Shown: positions 53,212 to 56,410 of the stretch, in pieces
Numbering within the stretch: position 1 is the stretch's first letter
How the letters are laid out: the number at the start of each line of letters is the position of its first letter
Assembly: GCA_002771135.1 (NCBI GenBank)
Contig: PCXO01000004.1
Location: 1-56,410, forward strand
Length of the DNA: 56,410 nt
DNA from: Candidatus Yanofskybacteria bacterium CG10_big_fil_rev_8_21_14_0_10_46_23
GTDB taxonomy: Bacteria; Patescibacteriota; Minisyncoccia; 2-02-FULL-40-12; IGHO2-12-FULL-4
Direction: 5' to 3'
Program-made: the position numbers and the translations under genes
Notes under the pieces: generated by a model
Told to the model about the DNA's origin: nothing
The model's database searches: none
The model's input: the letters and a program-made list of their open reading frames with translations, nothing else

Positions 53212-53272
53212 AAAGCCTCCTATCAACTTATAAAAGACACTGGTTTCAGACTATCACGAATTTCTAGAAAGA

Positions 53273-53842
53273 CTAGAAGATGCTTTTATTATTTGCCAAA
53301 GCCTGGCTGATTATCCGGTCGATTCGCCTTTGGCGCGTCTGGGGTTGCTTGGCGCTTAGAAGCCAGCGATAGAATGTCCGTTTGGCCGAGGGTGGAAATT
53401 TTTCAAAATTTTTCTGAGCTGGTTTATTTCTGTTTAGGGATTTTCGCAGTTCATCGGGCATCTCTGGATTTTTTGGAATCCCCTGATCATGGGTCGGCTT
53501 TTTCTCCCCGGCCTTAAAAAAGGCTAGGCCATGGGGTGTCATCCGCTTTTCTTTAATCAACTGCCGGGCGTAACCTAAGGTGTTGTCACTCCACTTACTG
53601 TTTTTAGTTCGACGCGAGAAATGGCGAAGATACTTATCCGCATCTAAACGCTTGATGGTCGTATCAATCCAGCCGTAGCAAATGGCCTCTTCCATTAACT
53701 CTCGATGGCTAGGTGATTTGTGGCCGGTGTGCTTTTTATGCAAAATTAAAGCCACTTTGTGTTCTTTGACATGATACCGAACCAACCAACGCCGAAAATC
53801 AGCGGGCTTGAAAACTTCAATTTGTTTTATTTCACTTGACAT
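53273..53842 (-). CDS. YdeI/OmdA (bacteriocin-protection) family protein
   Basis: FRRWL, EEAICYGWID, RRTKNSKWS, P.EL...L...PAQKNFEKFPPS...QTRQRRI. Confidence 0.9.
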   Translation of the reverse strand: MSSEIKQIEVFKPADFRRWLVRYHVKEHKVALILHKKHTGHKSPSHRELMEEAICYGWIDTTIKRLDADKYLRHFSRRTKNSKWSDNTLGYARQLIKEKRMTPHGLAFFKAGEKKPTHDQGIPKNPEMPDELRKSLNRNKPAQKNFEKFPPSAKRTFYRWLLSAKQPQTRQRRIDRIISQALANNKSIF

Positions 53843-53905
53843 TCATCTTACAAAGGGTAACCTGGATTATACGGGCATCAGAGCTTCATATGATCTCCCT
53901 CGGAG

Positions 53906-53939
53906 CCGGCGCGGGGCCTCAGACATCCCCCCGCGCCGG
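53906..53939. terminator. GC-rich hairpin after the DUF2585 gene
   Basis: CCGGCGCGGGG-12nt-CCCCGCGCCGG. Confidence 0.6.
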
Positions 53940-53948
53940 AACTATTTA

Positions 53949-54530
53949 TTACTTGGCTAACTGCCAATTTTTTATTGCTTCAATCGGATAAATTAATAAG
54001 AGTATATTTAAAATCAGGCCGTCGCGAATCCATATAAATAATAGGATCTCAATCGTGATAAACAGCAACAGACTCAAGGGCCAAAGAAATTTTCGAGCAA
54101 AAAGGAAACCTGCCACCATAGCCAGAACATCACTGATTGAATTTAAAATACTATCGCCAAAATATTCTAATGACAAGGTCGCCTCACGATAACGGTTAAT
54201 AATCGAGTCGGTATTCTCGAGAATTTCCCAGCCCATTTCTAGGCCAACGGCGATTAAAAGTCGAGTTTTCCAAGACAGGCGCCGACCAATCAACCAAAGC
54301 AAGAGATAAAATCCTAACCCATGTAAAATATGGGTTAAGCCATAGGCGTCTAAAAGGCATTGGGAGTTGGATTGACTATGGATATCACCCGACCAAAGGC
54401 AGGGCCCCTCAAATGGCCCCCAAACTGCCCGGCCCATCCAAACCAAAGTTATCACTCCGATTAGAATGATAACTCCGGCAACCAAAATAATTTTTCTGTT
54501 GTCAGACACTATTTCGATATGATAACTCAA
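53949..54530 (-). CDS. DUF2585 (UPF0314) membrane protein
   Basis: SNSQCLLDAYGLTHILHG, WEILENT, INRYRE, YFGDSILNS. Confidence 0.88.
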   Translation of the reverse strand: MSYHIEIVSDNRKIILVAGVIILIGVITLVWMGRAVWGPFEGPCLWSGDIHSQSNSQCLLDAYGLTHILHGLGFYLLLWLIGRRLSWKTRLLIAVGLEMGWEILENTDSIINRYREATLSLEYFGDSILNSISDVLAMVAGFLFARKFLWPLSLLLFITIEILLFIWIRDGLILNILLLIYPIEAIKNWQLAK

Positions 54531-55366
54531 AAATCAGCTCTGGCGAACCAACTTCTAAGGGCCGGTTCTTGCATGACAGCGTGGCTGGCACCGTAAACGA
54601 TAAAAAGGCGATTATATCTTTCCAGCGCCTTAATAATTTCTTCGATCATGAACCGATCGCGAAGGAGGCTCTCCGCCACACTAATTTTATTCAAAACAGT
54701 CTGTCGATCTTTTCTATCCGGCCACGGCGTTGGATCAGTAAAGTCGGGGCTATTCGTCTCAGTTTCCACCTCGATCTTTCGACCAATAATTCCCTCGGCT
54801 ATTTTCAAGGCCTGATCATAGGCATAGTTAAAATCTAACCAACCGGTCTGCTTTTTAAACCTCTCAATATAAGGAGCGATAAATTCTTTAAACCCGCCTC
54901 GCTTTAGGTGACGTTGGTATTGAGACAACATCTGCATAACCTCCCAAGCAAAAATATTCTCTCTGGCAAACCCCTGTTCCAAAAGATAGCTATATAAAGT
55001 CTTGTTGCTGGGCTCGGGCGAATCCCAATCAATTTTATTTGTAATAGCTAATCTCAAAGTAAAACCGGACTCACCAGCCATTTCAATAGCTTCATCTTGA
55101 GAAACCGATTTGGCTTTTTCATTCACAGCTTCCCGATTGTCTCGAGCATTAACGCCCTCCACCAAGACTAAGTCGGGTTTAGCCTTTTCAAAAGCAGATT
55201 GGATCTGGGAGAAAATCAGACTTCGGGGGTCTTTAATATGCGGTGACCCAAAATAAAAAAGAAATTTGGGACCTTTCTCCAATTCAAAAAGATACGGCGT
55301 TTCATGCTCCCGTTGAGCGTACTCCTCAGCCGACATGATTAAATTTTGGATCGATTCTTCAGCCAC
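54527..55366 (-). CDS. Hypothetical protein (279 aa), possible TraB/ChaN-like fold
   Basis: FYFGSPH, KPDLVLVEG, RDRFM, IVYGASH; the fold guess is weak. Confidence 0.7.
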   Translation of the reverse strand: MAEESIQNLIMSAEEYAQREHETPYLFELEKGPKFLFYFGSPHIKDPRSLIFSQIQSAFEKAKPDLVLVEGVNARDNREAVNEKAKSVSQDEAIEMAGESGFTLRLAITNKIDWDSPEPSNKTLYSYLLEQGFARENIFAWEVMQMLSQYQRHLKRGGFKEFIAPYIERFKKQTGWLDFNYAYDQALKIAEGIIGRKIEVETETNSPDFTDPTPWPDRKDRQTVLNKISVAESLLRDRFMIEEIIKALERYNRLFIVYGASHAVMQEPALRSWFARADF

Positions 55367-55373
55367 TTCGATT

Positions 55374-55649
55374 TTATTCTCTCACAATGTTCTTGCCAAG
55401 GCGATGGGGACAGCCACCCCAGCAACAGGGCCGACGCTTTCCGGCACTTAAATTTTCCTTGGCAATCCGAATCCGCCGATTTCGAGTTTCTAATTTTTTG
55501 GCCGAGGTTATCCAGCAAATCCACTCATTGCGGGCTAGGGCCGTAATGTCCGCCCAAGTCGCCTGCGCGGTTGGCATAGCCATCAAGATCTTCTTTAAAT
55601 CCACCGGAATTTTGTGAACTGGCCTAGTCGTGGTTTCTTGCTTGGGCAT
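55374..55649 (-). CDS. Short YdeI/OmdA-domain protein
   Basis: VHKIPVDL, WADITALARNEWICWITSAKKLETRNRRI, RRPCCWGGCPHR; ATG 55649. Confidence 0.88.
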   Translation of the reverse strand: MPKQETTTRPVHKIPVDLKKILMAMPTAQATWADITALARNEWICWITSAKKLETRNRRIRIAKENLSAGKRRPCCWGGCPHRLGKNIVRE

Positions 55650-56005
55650 AATTTTATTTTTCAGAACACCTTTAACTACGATCTTATCGGAATTTCCGGA
55701 TTTGCTCAACAAAACAAAAGCGCCGACTGGTGTCGGCGCCGATACTGCTCATGGCCTCAGCACTTTTGTGCTTTTATCTCTTTTGAACGCCTCTATAAAT
55801 TCCGAACTTAAATCGCTAATCTCCCTATCAACGAGAACTTTGAGTAGTGTCATGCTCGAAATAAAAAATCCTGGCCGGTTTGAAACCAACCAGAATTCAG
55901 AGTTGTCAGACCGCATTCGCCCTGTTTCTGAATTGATATAACAATGGTCTTTTTGTGTCACGGATTTTGCTATCAGGCGGGGTGAATTTGATTGGGTGGC
56001 GGGGA

Positions 56006-56410
56006 TTAGTCTATGTCCATCATCGTGTTGATACCACGTATAACATAACGCCAGATTAGAGAATACAAGATCATAGCCAGCGGTATGGTTATAAAGGCAA
56101 GCGGACGATCCAGCATAAACAGCTCTGTAGGGATCTTCGAGGAGAAGTTGCCTATCAGAGTGAAGACGAGCCCATGCCCTGCCCCCCATAGCCAATACTT
56201 AGTGGTACCACTTGGTAAATACTGTTTCAGATTTACAAACATTATATTGATTAAACCCACGAGTATCGGTATAGAAAGTATATGGGTGAAAAAATTGAAA
56301 TCCGCATCGGGGTACAGCACAGAGGGGATACCTAGATAAAGCATCGGGAAGATAATGACAGGAAATGCCGAACCAGCGATAAAGGCCCTAATAGATATGT
56401 TGTGAATCAT
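56006..56410 (-). CDS. Hypothetical membrane protein (4 TM), possibly 5'-truncated by the window edge
   Basis: Hydrophobic helices; the first ATG falls on the last base of the window. Confidence 0.7.
   Translation of the reverse strand: MIHNISIRAFIAGSAFPVIIFPMLYLGIPSVLYPDADFNFFTHILSIPILVGLINIMFVNLKQYLPSGTTKYWLWGAGHGLVFTLIGNFSSKIPTELFMLDRPLAFITIPLAMILYSLIWRYVIRGINTMMDID

Noticed and set aside
53860-53905. Fluoride-riboswitch-like words (GGAGAT...TGATG) upstream of ydeI
   Set aside because: The pseudoknot pairing and spacing of the crcB motif are not present, and the downstream gene is not fluoride related
55749-56195. 148-aa ORF on the - strand
   Set aside because: Its first half overlaps the 56006 membrane gene out of frame, and it has no convincing start or motif; a remnant in 55749-55960 cannot be excluded
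1-56410. Alternative genetic code (UGA=Gly) or prophage
   Set aside because: Core genes are full length under code 11 and some end in TGA; no terminase, capsid, portal or integrase motifs were seen

Overview
About 56 kb of ordinary chromosome from a small-genome bacterium using genetic code 11. The gene content and style point to Patescibacteria/CPR, probably Parcubacteria; this is an inference, as the window has no rRNA marker. I found no CRISPR array, transposase, integrase or phage structural gene. Core genes: a sugar-phosphate cluster (PfkB kinase, rpe, 2-hydroxyacid dehydrogenase, rpiB), redox genes (trxB, glutaredoxin, DsbA, sodA, msrB), DNA repair genes (family-4 UDG, minimal Ogt, Nudix, nfo, UvrD-nuclease), truB, dnaG-rpoD and tRNA-Asn(GTT). 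Cell-surface genes are abundant: a PMT-type glycosyltransferase, a sortase with an adjacent VPTG-tailed repeat protein, an L,D-transpeptidase, an M23 peptidase, and Spondin, Gmad2 and cupredoxin proteins. Signalling genes include a CHASE2 adenylate cyclase with a FecR-IPT partner, a GGDEF cyclase, and an ECF sigma with a DUF5667 protein. Most interesting: (1) a sortase/substrate pair with three copies of an unassigned Cys-bracketed 104-aa domain; (2) an S41 protease with a J-domain-like insert and Trp at the catalytic Lys position; (3) about a dozen self-contained orphan cassettes with strong Shine-Dalgarno sites amid SD-less core genes, including a NYN-nuclease three-gene module with a palindromic bidirectional promoter; (4) an unlisted 41-aa very basic ORF; (5) candidate promoter-to-terminator small RNAs; (6) a fatty-acid desaturase in a lineage thought to lack fatty-acid synthesis. 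Family calls come from motif recognition only, with no database search. Coordinates of non-coding elements were counted by hand and may be off by a few bases.
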